This document shows positions 25,656 through 37,084 of a stretch of 64,000 nucleotides of DNA, piece after piece. A model generated the notes under the pieces. The model made no database searches and was not told the DNA's origin. It worked only from the letters and a program-made list of their open reading frames with translations. Made by a program: the position numbers and the translations under genes. The DNA is from Eledone cirrhosa (taxonomy: Eukaryota): NCBI GenBank assembly GCA_964016885.1, contig OZ024741.1:188232001-188296000 (forward strand), given 5' to 3'. Within the stretch, counting starts at the first letter, position 1. The number at the start of each line of letters is the position of its first letter.

Positions 25656-26076
25656 CCTTGCCTGGCTTTCTGGAGAATAGAAGAAAGGTGTTTCCTCAAA
25701 AACCAGTATGACTCTAAAAACCGGTTTGTCTGTGTGTTTACATACAGAATAGCTGGACACTCACAGTAAAGTGACCAGTGAAAAACTCGGTACATCTACA
25801 TATGTATACGTGTGTGTATTCATATGCATACTAGTATTTCAGTATACATATGTGGATGTACATTTTTAACTTAATTGTTTAAGCGTCAGTCATACAAAAG
25901 TGAGTTACAAATGAAACGAAATTTAATTTCGTTTCGTTATTTGTTTTTATCGTCTCCGTTGAACCGGTACGTACTCACGCTCTATGCAAGTTAGTCTGCC
26001 CACTACTAATTTTCATAGAAAAAGCATATAACGATATGTGCTTTTACGATTCTCTAGAGAGGCCGGAAGATAGGTA

Positions 26077-26121
26077 AATATTGCTGATGAGATGTAACAA
26101 CATCGAAACTAGTTCAATATT
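26077..26121 (+). ncRNA. Minimal type I hammerhead ribozyme, copy 4
   Basis: Same motif, 466 bp from copy 3. Confidence 0.9.
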
Positions 26122-26372
26122 CCTTGCCTGGCTTTCTGGAGAATAGAAGAAAGGTGTTTCCTCAAAAACCAGTATGACTCTAAAAACCGGTTTGTCTGTG
26201 TGTTTACATACAGAATAGCTGGACACTCACAGTAAAGTGACCAGTGAAAAACTCGGTACATCTACATATTTATACGTGTGTGTATTCATATGCATACTAG
26301 TATTTCAGTATACATATGTGGATGTACATTTTTAACTTAATTGTTTATATATATATATATACACATATATAT

Positions 26373-26415
<43 letters not shown>

Positions 26416-26631
26416 TATATATACACACATATATATACATACATACATATATATACATACATACATATATATACATACATACATATATATACATACATAC
26501 ATATATATACATACATACATACATACATATATATACATACATACATACATATATATAACGGCATTCCTGTCATATATATATATGTATGTATATATATATA
26601 TATATATAACGATATGTGCTTTTACGATTCT

Positions 26632-26974
26632 GGAGGCACATGGCTTAGTGGTTAGAGCATTGGGCTTGCAATCGAAAGGTTGTGAGTTCAATTCTCAGAC
26701 CGGGTGATGTGTTGTTTCCTTGAGCAAGACACTTTATTTCACATTGCTCCAGTTTACTCAGCTGTAGAAATGAGATGATAGGGACTGGGGTCCCTATCAT
26801 TCCACTGCAAAGTGGTCGTGTAGGTGCCACGGCAAAAAAGCACCCAGCACTCACTGTAAATGAGGTTGGTGTTAGGAAGGGCATCCAGCTGTAGAAATCA
26901 AGCCAGAATCAGTTCCCGTCCCACCCTTGCAAGCAGGGAGAAGCGGACGTAAAATGATGATGATGATGATGATG

Positions 26975-26975
<1 letters not shown>
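26632..26975 (+). mobile_element. tRNA-derived SINE family A (full length)
   Basis: A box TGGCTTAGTGG, B box GAGTTCAATTC, CORE-like CCTTGAGCAAGACACTT, RTE-derived 3' tail and (GAT)n. Confidence 0.92.
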
Positions 26976-27014
<39 letters not shown>

Positions 27015-27093
27015 ATATATATATATATTATATATATATTTATATATAATATATATATTTATATATATATATATATTATGTATATATATATAT

Positions 27094-27140
<47 letters not shown>

Positions 27141-27196
27141 TATATATATATTATATATATATAATATATATATATATATATAATATATATATATAT

Positions 27197-27227
<31 letters not shown>

Positions 27228-27310
27228 ATATATATATAATATATATATATTATATATATATATATAATATATATATATATTATATATATATATATAATAT
27301 ATATATATAT

Positions 27311-27346
<36 letters not shown>

Positions 27347-27361
27347 TATACATATATATAT

Positions 27362-27394
<33 letters not shown>

Positions 27395-27466
27395 ATACAT
27401 ATATATATACCCATGCTAGCGTGGAAGAACAGACGTAAAACGGTGATGATGATGATGATGATGATG

Positions 27467-27522
<56 letters not shown>

Positions 27523-27523
27523 A

Positions 27524-27565
<42 letters not shown>

Positions 27566-27576
27566 CATATATATAT

Positions 27577-27610
<34 letters not shown>

Positions 27611-27611
27611 A

Positions 27612-27704
<93 letters not shown>

Positions 27705-27789
27705 TTTGCCTTTCATCCTTACGGGGTCGATAAAATAAAGTACCAGTAATACACTGGGTAATTGCTGGCCTTGTGCCTAACGTAGAAAC

Positions 27790-27871
<82 letters not shown>

Positions 27872-27895
27872 TATATATTATATATAATATATATA
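26976..27895. repeat. Long (TA)n tract with embedded LINE and SINE 3' stubs (27410-27466, about 27704-27792)
   Basis: Seen directly in the sequence. Confidence 0.9.
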
Positions 27896-27896
27896 A

Positions 27897-30172
27897 AAAC
27901 GTGAGGTGTTCAGGATTGCTAGGCAATGCGTCAAGGAAAACCGTGATATTGTCGGGGAGAAGTGTGTACTAAACGACGATGGCACACTTGCCATCACCGA
28001 CGCTGATAAGAAGGTAGCTTGGAAGTGTCACTATGAAAGGCTACTAAATGAGGAGAATAATTGGGAGAAAGGCAGTCTCCCCCATATCGACCCAATAGAG
28101 GGACCAGCAGTGTTAGTCGAGGGGAGTATAATAAGTAAGGCAATCAAGGATATGAAGACTGGTAAGGCGGCTGGGCCTTCGGAAATAGTTGCTGAGATGC
28201 TGAAGGCATCTGGCACGGTGGGACACACCATGGTCACCCGCATAGTTAACCAAGTCGTACAGAATGGGGTTGTTCCGAAGGACTGGCATAGCAGCATCAT
28301 CGTTAACTGTTATAAGGGTAAAGGAGACGCCCTAGATAGGAGTAACTATAGAGGCATTAAATTAATCGACCAGGTCATGAAGGTCACGGAAAAAGTAATA
28401 GCGCAACTAATCAGAGAGAGAATTGACCTAGATGAAATGCAGTTCGGGTTTGTGTCAGGCAAAAGTACCACAGACGCTCTTTTCATAGTACGACAACTAC
28501 AGGAGAAGTACCTAGCTAAAGGTAAACCCCTCTACTTAGCTTTTGTCGACTTGGAGAAAGCCTTCGACAGAGTCCCCCGCTCCATTATCTGGTGGGCTCT
28601 TAGAAAACTAGGCGTTGACGAATGGCTTGTGAGGGCTATACAAGCCATGTATAAAGAAACAGTCAGCAAGGTTAGAATTAACAACGAATATAGTGAAGAG
28701 TTTAGCGTAAAAGTTGGCGTCCATCAGGGCTCTGTTCTCAGTCCACTACTATTTATTATTGCCCTTCAGGCTATAACAGAGGAGTTCAAGACAGGCTGCC
28801 CATGGGAACTCCTATACGCAGACGACCTGACACTCATAGCGGAATCAATGGCCGAGCTAGAGAAGAAATTCCAAACATGGAAGCACGGCCTAGAGTCAAA
28901 AGGACTTAAAATTAACCTGGCTAAGACCAAAGTACTAGTTTGTAGGAAAGAAAACAAGGCGGCGGTCCCTTCTGGGAAATGGTCGTGCTCGGTGTGTAGG
29001 AAAGGCGTAGGTAGAAACTCCATTTTATGTCCTAAATGCAAAGTATGGGTGCATAAAAGATGTAGTGGGATCACAGGTAAGCTAACTAAGAGCATAGATT
29101 TTACATGTGGCCGGTGCTCTGGTGCAATAAGTAGCAGCAAGTGCCCACAAACTACTAGCTCTTTCAATTGCGCAGAGGGTTCTATAGAAATAGTGGACAG
29201 CTTCCGTTACCTGGGCGATAAAATCAGCAGTGGGGGAGGGTGCTCTGAAAGTACTGTAGCTAGAGTCAGAACTGGTTGGAAAAAGTTCAGAGAGCTTATA
29301 CCACTATTAGCTGCTAAAGGGTTCTCACTAAAAATGAAAGGCAGGTTGTACGATGCCTGCATACGAACAGCAATGCTGCATGGCAGTGAGACCTGGGCAT
29401 TGTGTGCAGAGGATATACGCAGACTAGAGAGGAACGAAGCTTGCATGCTCCGCTGGATGTGTAACAGTAATATACGTGAACGGCAAAGCATAAACGAACT
29501 AAGGAAAAAATTAGAGATAAGAGGGATCAGATGTTGTTTACTCGAGAGAAGGCTACGTTGGTATGGACACGTGATGCGCATGAAAGTCGATAGCTGTATA
29601 ACAAAGTGCAGGGCAATAAAGATAGACGGTAGTCACGGAATAGGCAGACCTAGAAAAACCTGGGACGAGCTGATAAACTCCGACATCACACACTTACACC
29701 TCTCCAAGACAATGTCACTGGACCGAGACCTTTGGCGGTACTCAGTAACAGAGAAGACCCGCCTTACCTAAATATATAGTAAAACCTACTCCAGCCAGTA
29801 GGCATCTCTAACAAAATACACCCCGTCCCACCACCCCCGCCCCCACCCCATCCACACCACCCCGTTCTATGTAAAGTTATGTTGGTGCCGCGCCATCGAG
29901 GCCGAAACAAATGAGATCGTGTAGGTGTCACGACAAAAAAACACACAGTCCACGCTGTAATGTGGCCGTGTAGGCAACACGGTAAAAACCTCCCAGACCC
30001 ACACTGTAAATGTGGTTGGTGTTAGGAAGGGCATCCAACTGTAGAAAACCTGCCAGACAGTCCTATGCGAGCAAGACAATCACTCTTGCCTCAAGTGGGA
30101 CTACCCCCGTCCAAACCCATGCAAGCGTGGAACACGGACGTTAAACGTTGATGATGATGATGATGATGATGA
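27897..30172 (+). mobile_element. Young 5'-truncated RTE LINE with an uninterrupted RT reading frame
   Basis: ORF 27906-29771, 3' UTR, (GAT)n tail, (TA)n flanks. Confidence 0.95.
27906..29771 (+). CDS. RTE reverse transcriptase (no APE domain) with an inserted PHD-like C4HC3 finger
   Basis: NYRGIKL, QFGF, FVDLEKAFDRVP, GVHQGSVLSP, YADD, FRYLG, HGSETW, RRLRWYGH, GRPRKTW. Confidence 0.9.
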   Translation: MFRIARQCVKENRDIVGEKCVLNDDGTLAITDADKKVAWKCHYERLLNEENNWEKGSLPHIDPIEGPAVLVEGSIISKAIKDMKTGKAAGPSEIVAEMLKASGTVGHTMVTRIVNQVVQNGVVPKDWHSSIIVNCYKGKGDALDRSNYRGIKLIDQVMKVTEKVIAQLIRERIDLDEMQFGFVSGKSTTDALFIVRQLQEKYLAKGKPLYLAFVDLEKAFDRVPRSIIWWALRKLGVDEWLVRAIQAMYKETVSKVRINNEYSEEFSVKVGVHQGSVLSPLLFIIALQAITEEFKTGCPWELLYADDLTLIAESMAELEKKFQTWKHGLESKGLKINLAKTKVLVCRKENKAAVPSGKWSCSVCRKGVGRNSILCPKCKVWVHKRCSGITGKLTKSIDFTCGRCSGAISSSKCPQTTSSFNCAEGSIEIVDSFRYLGDKISSGGGCSESTVARVRTGWKKFRELIPLLAAKGFSLKMKGRLYDACIRTAMLHGSETWALCAEDIRRLERNEACMLRWMCNSNIRERQSINELRKKLEIRGIRCCLLERRLRWYGHVMRMKVDSCITKCRAIKIDGSHGIGRPRKTWDELINSDITHLHLSKTMSLDRDLWRYSVTEKTRLT

Positions 30173-30187
30173 TATATATATAATATA

Positions 30188-30218
<31 letters not shown>

Positions 30219-30504
30219 ATATATATATAATATTATATATATAATATATATATATATATAATATATGTATATATTATATATATAATATATTATATATATA
30301 ATATATACATATAAGGGCGGTGCCCCAGCATGGCCTCAGCCGGATGGCTGAAACAGGTAAAAGAGTATATATATATATAATATATATTATATATATATGT
30401 ATATATATATATATTATATATATATATATAATATATATTATATATATATATATATTATATATATATATATACATATTATATATATTATATATATAATATA
30501 TATA

Positions 30505-31531
30505 GCTCTGGTGCAATAAGTAGCAGCAAGTGCCTGCAGAATACTAGCTCATTCCATTGCACAGATAGTTCTATAGAAATAGTGGACAGCTTCCGTTACC
30601 TGAGTGACAAAATCAGCAGTGGGGAAGGGTGCCTTGAAAGTACAGTAGCTAGAGTCAGAACTGGATGGAAAAAGTTCAGAGAGCTTATACCACTATTAGC
30701 CGCTAAAGGGTTCTCCCTAAAAATGAAAGCAGGCTGTATGATGCCTGCATACGAACAGTGAGACCTGGGCATTGTGTGCAGAGGATATACGCAGACTAGA
30801 GAGGAACGAAGCTTGCATGCTCCGCTGGATGTGTAATAGTAATATACGTGAACGGCAAAGCGTAAACGAACTAAGGGAAAAATTAGAAATAAGAGGGATC
30901 AGATGTTGTTTACTCGAGAGAAGACTACGTTGGTATGGTCACGTGATGCGCATGAAAGACGACAGATGTATAAAAAAGTGCAGGGCAATAAAAATAGACG
31001 GTAGCCACGGAGTAGGCAAACCCAGAAAAACCTGGGACGACTTGATAAATTCTGACCTCACACACTTACACCTCTCCAAGACAATGTCACTGGACCGAGA
31101 TCTTTGGCGCTACACAGTAATAGAGAAGACCCGCCTTACCTAAGTACAAAGTGAAACCTACTACAGTCAGTAGGCACCTCTAACAAAATACACCCCCGTC
31201 CCACTACCCCTACCCCATCCACACCTTTCAATGTAAAGTTATGTTGGTACCACAACATCCAGCCCGAAACAAATGAGGTCGTGTAGGTGTCACGACAAAA
31301 AAACACACAGTCCACGCTGTAATGTGGCCATGTAGGCAACACAGTAAAAACCTCCCAGCCCCACACTGTAAATGTGGTTGGTGTTAGGAAGGGCATCCAG
31401 CTGTAGAAAACCCGCCAGACAGTCCTATGCGAGCAAGACAATCACTCTTGCCTCAAGTGGGAAAACCCCCGTCCAACCCATGCCAGCGTGGAACACGGAC
31501 GTTAAATGTTGATGATGATGATGATGATGAT
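30505..31531 (+). mobile_element. 5'-truncated RTE LINE
   Basis: Closely similar to 29115-30172. Confidence 0.92.
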
Positions 31532-31563
31532 AAATATATATTATATATATATATATATATAAT

Positions 31564-31900
31564 GGAGGCACATGGCTTAGTGGTTAGAGCATTGGCCTTG
31601 CAATCGAAAGGTTGTGAGTTCAATTCTCAGACCGGGTGATGTGTTGTTTCCTTGAGCAAGACACTTTATTTCACATTGCTCCAGTTTACTCAGTTGTAGA
31701 AATGAGATGATACGGACTGGGGTCCATATCATTCCACTGCAAAGTGGTCGTGGAGGTGCCACGGCAAAAAAGCACCCAGCACTCACTGTAAATGAGGTTG
31801 GTGTTAGGAAGGGCATCCAGCTGTAGACATCAAACCAGAATCAGTTCCCGACCCACCCTTGCAAGCTGGGCAAAGCGGACATAAAATGCTGCTGATGATG
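31564..31900 (+). mobile_element. SINE family A
   Basis: Full-length match to 26632; ends about 20 bp from the FBXO11 donor at 31923. Confidence 0.92.
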
Positions 31901-31923
31901 ATATATTATATATATATACTAAC

Positions 31924-32004
31924 CGTTATACATCTTCCCTTCAGGCGTTTCCTTTTCGGATTATAAAAATTCTGATACCCGGGACGAACGTGAATTCCAT
32001 GATA
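31924..32004 (-). CDS. FBXO11: FBXO11 internal exon, 81 nt, phase 0-0
   Basis: ttcttgcag|TAT...ACG|gttagt. Encodes YHGIHVRPGYQNFYNPKRKRLKGRCIT (cf. YKGAHVKPGF...YKGR) and bridges the flanking exons in frame. Confidence 0.88.
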
Positions 32005-32339
32005 CTGCAAGAAAATGGAAAAAGGTCAGTTAATTTAAAATTTGAAAAATATATATTAAAAATTATTAAACAATCAAGGATTTTTGTGACTTGTATAATT
32101 ATCTCCCCTGAATTAGTTAGAACTACAATGTGACTGCGATTGAAGTGGGCAGCTTGTCACACTGTGTTCCTAATGGTATGTACATGTGCTTGTGGAATAC
32201 TCAAAGGCACTTATAATTCACGATGGAGTGTACCTATAATTCAAAGGATAATGTTGAAAGCCCAAATGCCTGTGAAATAGTTAAGCACATCTATAGAGAG
32301 TTAATGGAACAACTGGGGTTCACCATATGCATACACATC

Positions 32340-33180
32340 ATCATCATCCTCCTTCGACTCCTCTGTGGGCAGTTGGAACTCTCTTGACAATCCCTTTCCA
32401 CACTGTTCGGTCCTGCATTGCTGTCCCTCCTCCATCACTTATGTCCAACCCTGACTCCCAAGCTATGGTGTCTGGGAAAGTCAGCTTTCGTGAATAGATA
32501 CATCCAGAGGGATGCCACAGAAGGAGAGATAAGTCTGAGCGATATTGGAATCAAATCTCCGTAGATGGTTTCAAGTGTTGCATTTGATTTCCAGCTTGTG
32601 TTTTTGATTCGTCTGAGCAGATTTGTATATGTTCCATCCAGCCATCTTTCAAGACGAACAGATAAAGACCATGTTTCTGTTCCATAAGCATACACACTCA
32701 GACTCAGAAGCTCCCGCATCTTGCGACGCATGAGGCAATCATAGTCTTCCACCGCGTTCGGTCAGCAGCCAGTAGCACAGCGTCCCGCGATTGTCTGTTT
32801 GTCGCTCACAGGTCCCTTTCAACTGTCTGGCGCCAGTTCATTTTGGGTCGCCCTCTCCGTCTGCTTCCCTGTGGGTTCCATTTAAGTACTTGGTTCGCCA
32901 GTCTCTCCGGAGGAAGTCTCAAAGCGTGCCCAAACCAGCCCAGGCGTCGCTTGCAGATGGCAGAAGAGACTAGCTGCTGGTTGGTGCGGTGCCTGACTTC
33001 CTGGTTTGTTACATGGTCACTCCATTTAGTCCCCAGGATCTTTCGCAGACACCTGGAATCGAATGCGTCCAACTTCTTCTCTTGGCTGGTCTTAAGGTGC
33101 CATGTTTCACTTCCGTACAAGAGTATGGACAGCACGTTGCTGTTGTAGAATCTCATCTTTGTTTTGAGTAGTGCATAGTC
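32340..33180 (-). mobile_element. Two adjacent LINE 3' fragments from other RTE-like families
   Basis: YGTETWSLS...LDGTYTNLLRR (about 32340-32695) and ILLYGSETW...RRLGWFGH...RRRGRPKMNW (about 32700-33180). Confidence 0.8.
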
Positions 33181-33926
33181 ACTACACATATATTATTATT
33201 AAAGTTTCCATTACATCAAGTTTCTTGTAAAAGAGGTATATCAATGAAAAATATTTCTACATACGTGCGCGTGTGTATGTTATACATACAGGTATTAAAT
33301 TCAAAAAATTTAACCATCTTCATTTTATGTCTACTTTCTACCCTACCATGTGTTGAACAGGTTGTCGCAGTCCGAAACCAGACATATTGAGGTAACCTCA
33401 TCTTGCTCATACATTACATATTTGGCATGGTTTCTCTGGCTGTATGCCCTGCTTGACATAACCACTTTAGAGTGTTTACGGGGTGCATTGTTTTTGTGAT
33501 ACCAACACAATACCACTTTAAACAGCGACAACAAATACTTTTTATTAGTTCTGATAACAACCTGATGTTTCTAAAGTTGAGAACATTTGATGAATTTTGT
33601 CACAGAAAAGACATTAAATACTTTTTGTTAAAGATAGTTCTCATCAAAGGGATAAAACTTTAAAGCCCAGCAGAGGGCACAAATGAATTGCTACAGACAT
33701 CGCTGGTGGGGTCCCCCCATTGTAGATGGGGTGGGTTGCTGGCAATGCTCTCCATGAAATCCAGCCCTGTGCAGGAGCCTGTAAGATTGGACATTACAAG
33801 GAGGAGGAGGAGAAGGAGAAGGAGAAGAAGAAGAAGAAGAACAACAACAACAACAAACATATTGTATATAAAACAAACAATATTGTATATGCTTTCATAT
33901 ACATCACTATTATTTGATAATGCAGT

Positions 33927-34111
33927 GGGTGGTGGATTGGCAGTATCGGTAGAGGGTCGGACGCCATGCTTTCCAGCATAGTTACATCCCTTTACGATCT
34001 GAGTTCAAATCCCGCCGAGGTTGACTTTGCCTTTCATCCTTACGGGGTCGATAAAATAAAGTACCAGTAATGCACTGGGTAATTGCTGGCCTTGTGTCTT
34101 AAGTAGAAACA
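33927..34111 (+). mobile_element. SINE family B with 18-bp TSD
   Basis: ATTATTTGATAATGCAGT at 33909-33926 and 34112-34129. Confidence 0.9.
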
Positions 34112-35460
34112 ATTATTTGATAATGCAGTCCTAGATACTCCTAAAAGACAGGATGGTTGCAACTGGAATGCCTTTGTTCATGAATTTGCACTGATTAATT
34201 ACAAAAAAGAAGGACACATTAGATAATAAATTTCTCAACACACTGAGATTAAAAACGACATGATTGATCATAGTTGACTAGGGCTAATCAACATCATCAA
34301 GAACACAAGCTGTGAGCCAATAGGAAGCTTCTATGTGGTCATTTATCTTGATATAATTAGCAGCCAAATCCCTTCAAATTGCATCCCATCATACTGTCTT
34401 TAAAACAAAAAGGAAGAATACGGTGGATAATATAATCTTAGGTATACAAAAACATGATAGTCAGGGCTTCATACGGCTGACCAAAGCTGAACAGCATCAG
34501 AAGCAATATGTAATTTCATTGAACAGGATTGTAGCGCTGTTACTACTTTGAGTTTTGTGAGTTTCCTTGTTGACTACTTAATATGCTTTATAGTGTTTTA
34601 ACATAATTGATATAAAATGTTTCTTCGATCTGATCTAAAACAAACATCAAAAGATAAAACAGATGAAAAAGAAAGCTTTGCTGCAGAGAGTGCACAGACT
34701 GCACCAGTGCATGTGTGTTTGCAATGCAAATATACTGACTCATACATTGCTGAGATATTGTCGCTATGCCACACCAGCCATATTGTCTACCTTGTTTCTC
34801 GGATATTACAATAATCAGCACTAAAACATCTAAATTTTAAACTGAATGTACAATATCCTTAATTTCCAAATTATTGTATGTACTCGGTAAAAAATAACTG
34901 CATAACAAAGTATGCAGTGTTTTTGACAGACTAAAGGGAATTGTTATATAGATAATGTGGTCTAAGACATAATAGGTCAGTTATATTTATTGTAAAGATG
35001 TGTTGTTGTTGAGATTATATATAGAAAAATAAACAGGGTTTTTGACAGACTAAACAGAAGCACACCCATCTCTTATATATAAATATATATACATACACAC
35101 ACACATGCATTACCTCTGTCCACCTCTATTATCCAATACTTGTTCTCTTATGATAATATAACCACTTCACTCCCATCAATGCCTCCCCAGTGTTGGTGTC
35201 ATGATAAAAAGCACCCAGTTGGCAATGTAAGACAGTAGTGCTAGTACCATGACAAAAACCACCTAATCCTCCCTGTAAGGTGGTAGTGCAGGAGTCATTA
35301 TAAAATGCTCCCAGTACACACTGTAAAGTGGTTGCCATTAGGAAGAGTGTCCAGACATAGAAACCTGGCCCAAAACAGGTCATATGAGCCAGATGTTTTC
35401 ACCTGGCTAGTCTAAGTTATGCAAGCATGGAAAAAAATGTTAAATGGTGATGATTATATA

Positions 35461-36168
35461 TATAAGTATGTACACGTACATACATATATGCATACAGACG
35501 TACAGTAGTATGCATATATATATATATACATACATGCACACATATATATATGTACGTATGGATTCACTGAACATTTATTATAATGCTCGGTGTGTTTGTA
35601 AACAAACATCCCGTATTAAGCCGTAGTGTCCAGCAACCATCGTTGCTCGTTTGTTCAACACTGACAAAGGAACGCTGTACTAGTTTCAAGCTTATTAGCT
35701 ATCGTCAGCAACGTATACCTTCCTGCCAGATTGTTGAACGTATATCCTTACCTTATGCATATTAACAGCTGAGTAGCCCAATTTGCATATCGAGTGGGTT
35801 AATCGGCCGGGTGCAGCGAAAACGATAAATGGAAAAAATGAAACGAAATTTCATTTCCCACTCTTAGTACGGCTGTTAGTTAAATATAAGTATGTACACG
35901 TACATACATATATGTATACAGACGTACAGTAGTATGTATATATATATACATACATGCACAGATATATATATGTACGTATGGATTCACCGAACATTTATTA
36001 TAATGCTCGGTGAATCCATACGTACATATATATGTGTGTGCATGTATGTATATATATATACATACTACTGTACGTCTGTATACATATATGTATGTACTTG
36101 TACATACTTATATTTAAGTAACAGCCGTACTAAGAGTGGGAAATGAAATTTTGTTTCATTTTTTCCGA
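35461..36168 (-). mobile_element. Non-coding hammerhead element: about 420-bp unit, partial tandem repeat plus inverted arm
   Basis: 35461-35592 is repeated at 35885-36012. 36013-36168 is an inverted copy of about 35830-35985. Confidence 0.82.
35672..35714 (-). ncRNA. Minimal type I hammerhead ribozyme
   Basis: ACGTTG-CTGACGA-TAGCT AATA AGCTT-GAAA-CTAG-TA^-CAGCGT. Confidence 0.85.
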
Positions 36169-36173
36169 TTATA

Positions 36174-36514
36174 TCATCATCATCATTTTATTTTACGTCC
36201 ACTTTTTCCCTGCTTGCAAGGGTGGGACGGGAACTGATTCTGGCTTGATTTCTACAGCTGGATGCCCTTCCTAACACCAACCTCATTTACAGTGAGTGCT
36301 GGGTGCTTTTTTGCCGTGGCACCTACACGTCTACTTTACAGTGGAATGATATGGACCCCAGTCCCTATCATCTCATTTCTACAGCTGAGTAAACTGGAGC
36401 AATGTGAAATAAAGTGTCTTGCTCAAGGAAACAACACATCGCCTGGTCTAAGAATTGAACTCACAATCTTTCGATTGCAAGGCCAATGCTCTAACCACTA
36501 AGCCATGTGCCTCC
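36174..36514 (-). mobile_element. SINE family A
   Basis: Full-length reverse-complement match. Confidence 0.92.
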
Positions 36515-36576
36515 ATATATATATATATAGTGAAAAAGTGTGGAAGTTAAAAGACATTCCATACAGATCACAATAG

Positions 36577-36840
36577 ATGAGAAAAATTATTAAAAAAACA
36601 GGTTTGAAAAGTGCACCCAGTGTATATATAAAGGATCTTTATAACATGTACAAAAATTGATGTTTAGCAAAGTCTGCATGCTTTAACCTAATAACAAATG
36701 TTTTGATAATCCAATACAGAGAGAGCAGGCTATGCTAAACATCAATTTTTAACATCAATTTTTGTACATGTTATAAAGACCCTTTATATATATACCAGGT
36801 GCACTTTTCAAACCCTTTTTTAAAACTCATTTTCCTCATT
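36577..36840. repeat. Imperfect inverted repeat between (TA)n tracts
   Basis: Arms at about 36601-36668 and 36733-36815. Confidence 0.8.
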
Positions 36841-37023
36841 TATATATATATATATCCAGGGAGTGTAATGTGCAATTACTGTAGGTTCACCCAGGTGAGC
36901 ACTCGATGCTTAGATTCACAACTGTAACAAGGTGTAGAACTAAACAGAGTGTAAATATAATAATAAAAGGACGATTTGTTGTGTCTTAACTGTAATGAAA
37001 ACATAACAAATCATCCTTTTATT

Positions 37024-37084
<61 letters not shown>

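Larger units (their letters stand above)
24718..26347. mobile_element. Retrozyme-like array of 466-bp monomers, tandem then inverted about 25456
   Basis: Exact 466-bp periodicity on both sides of the inversion, one hammerhead per monomer, no plausible coding capacity. Confidence 0.85.

Noticed and set aside
25152-26226. Three copies of a 60-aa ORF (MSSYSVCKH...)
   Set aside because: GTG start, antisense to the ribozyme and no recognisable domain; a by-product of the 466-bp repeat.
26632-26705. tRNA-like sequence
   Set aside because: It is the head of a multi-copy SINE and continues into the core and LINE tail; not a tRNA gene.
27059-27733. Long YI/IY-repeat ORFs here and elsewhere
   Set aside because: Stop-free (TA)n microsatellite translations.
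33800-33855. Poly-Arg/Leu/Glu ORFs
   Set aside because: Compound trinucleotide repeat (GAG/GAA/AAC).
36262-36501. Recurrent 79-aa [17 protein letters not shown]...
   Set aside because: Antisense translation of SINE family A.
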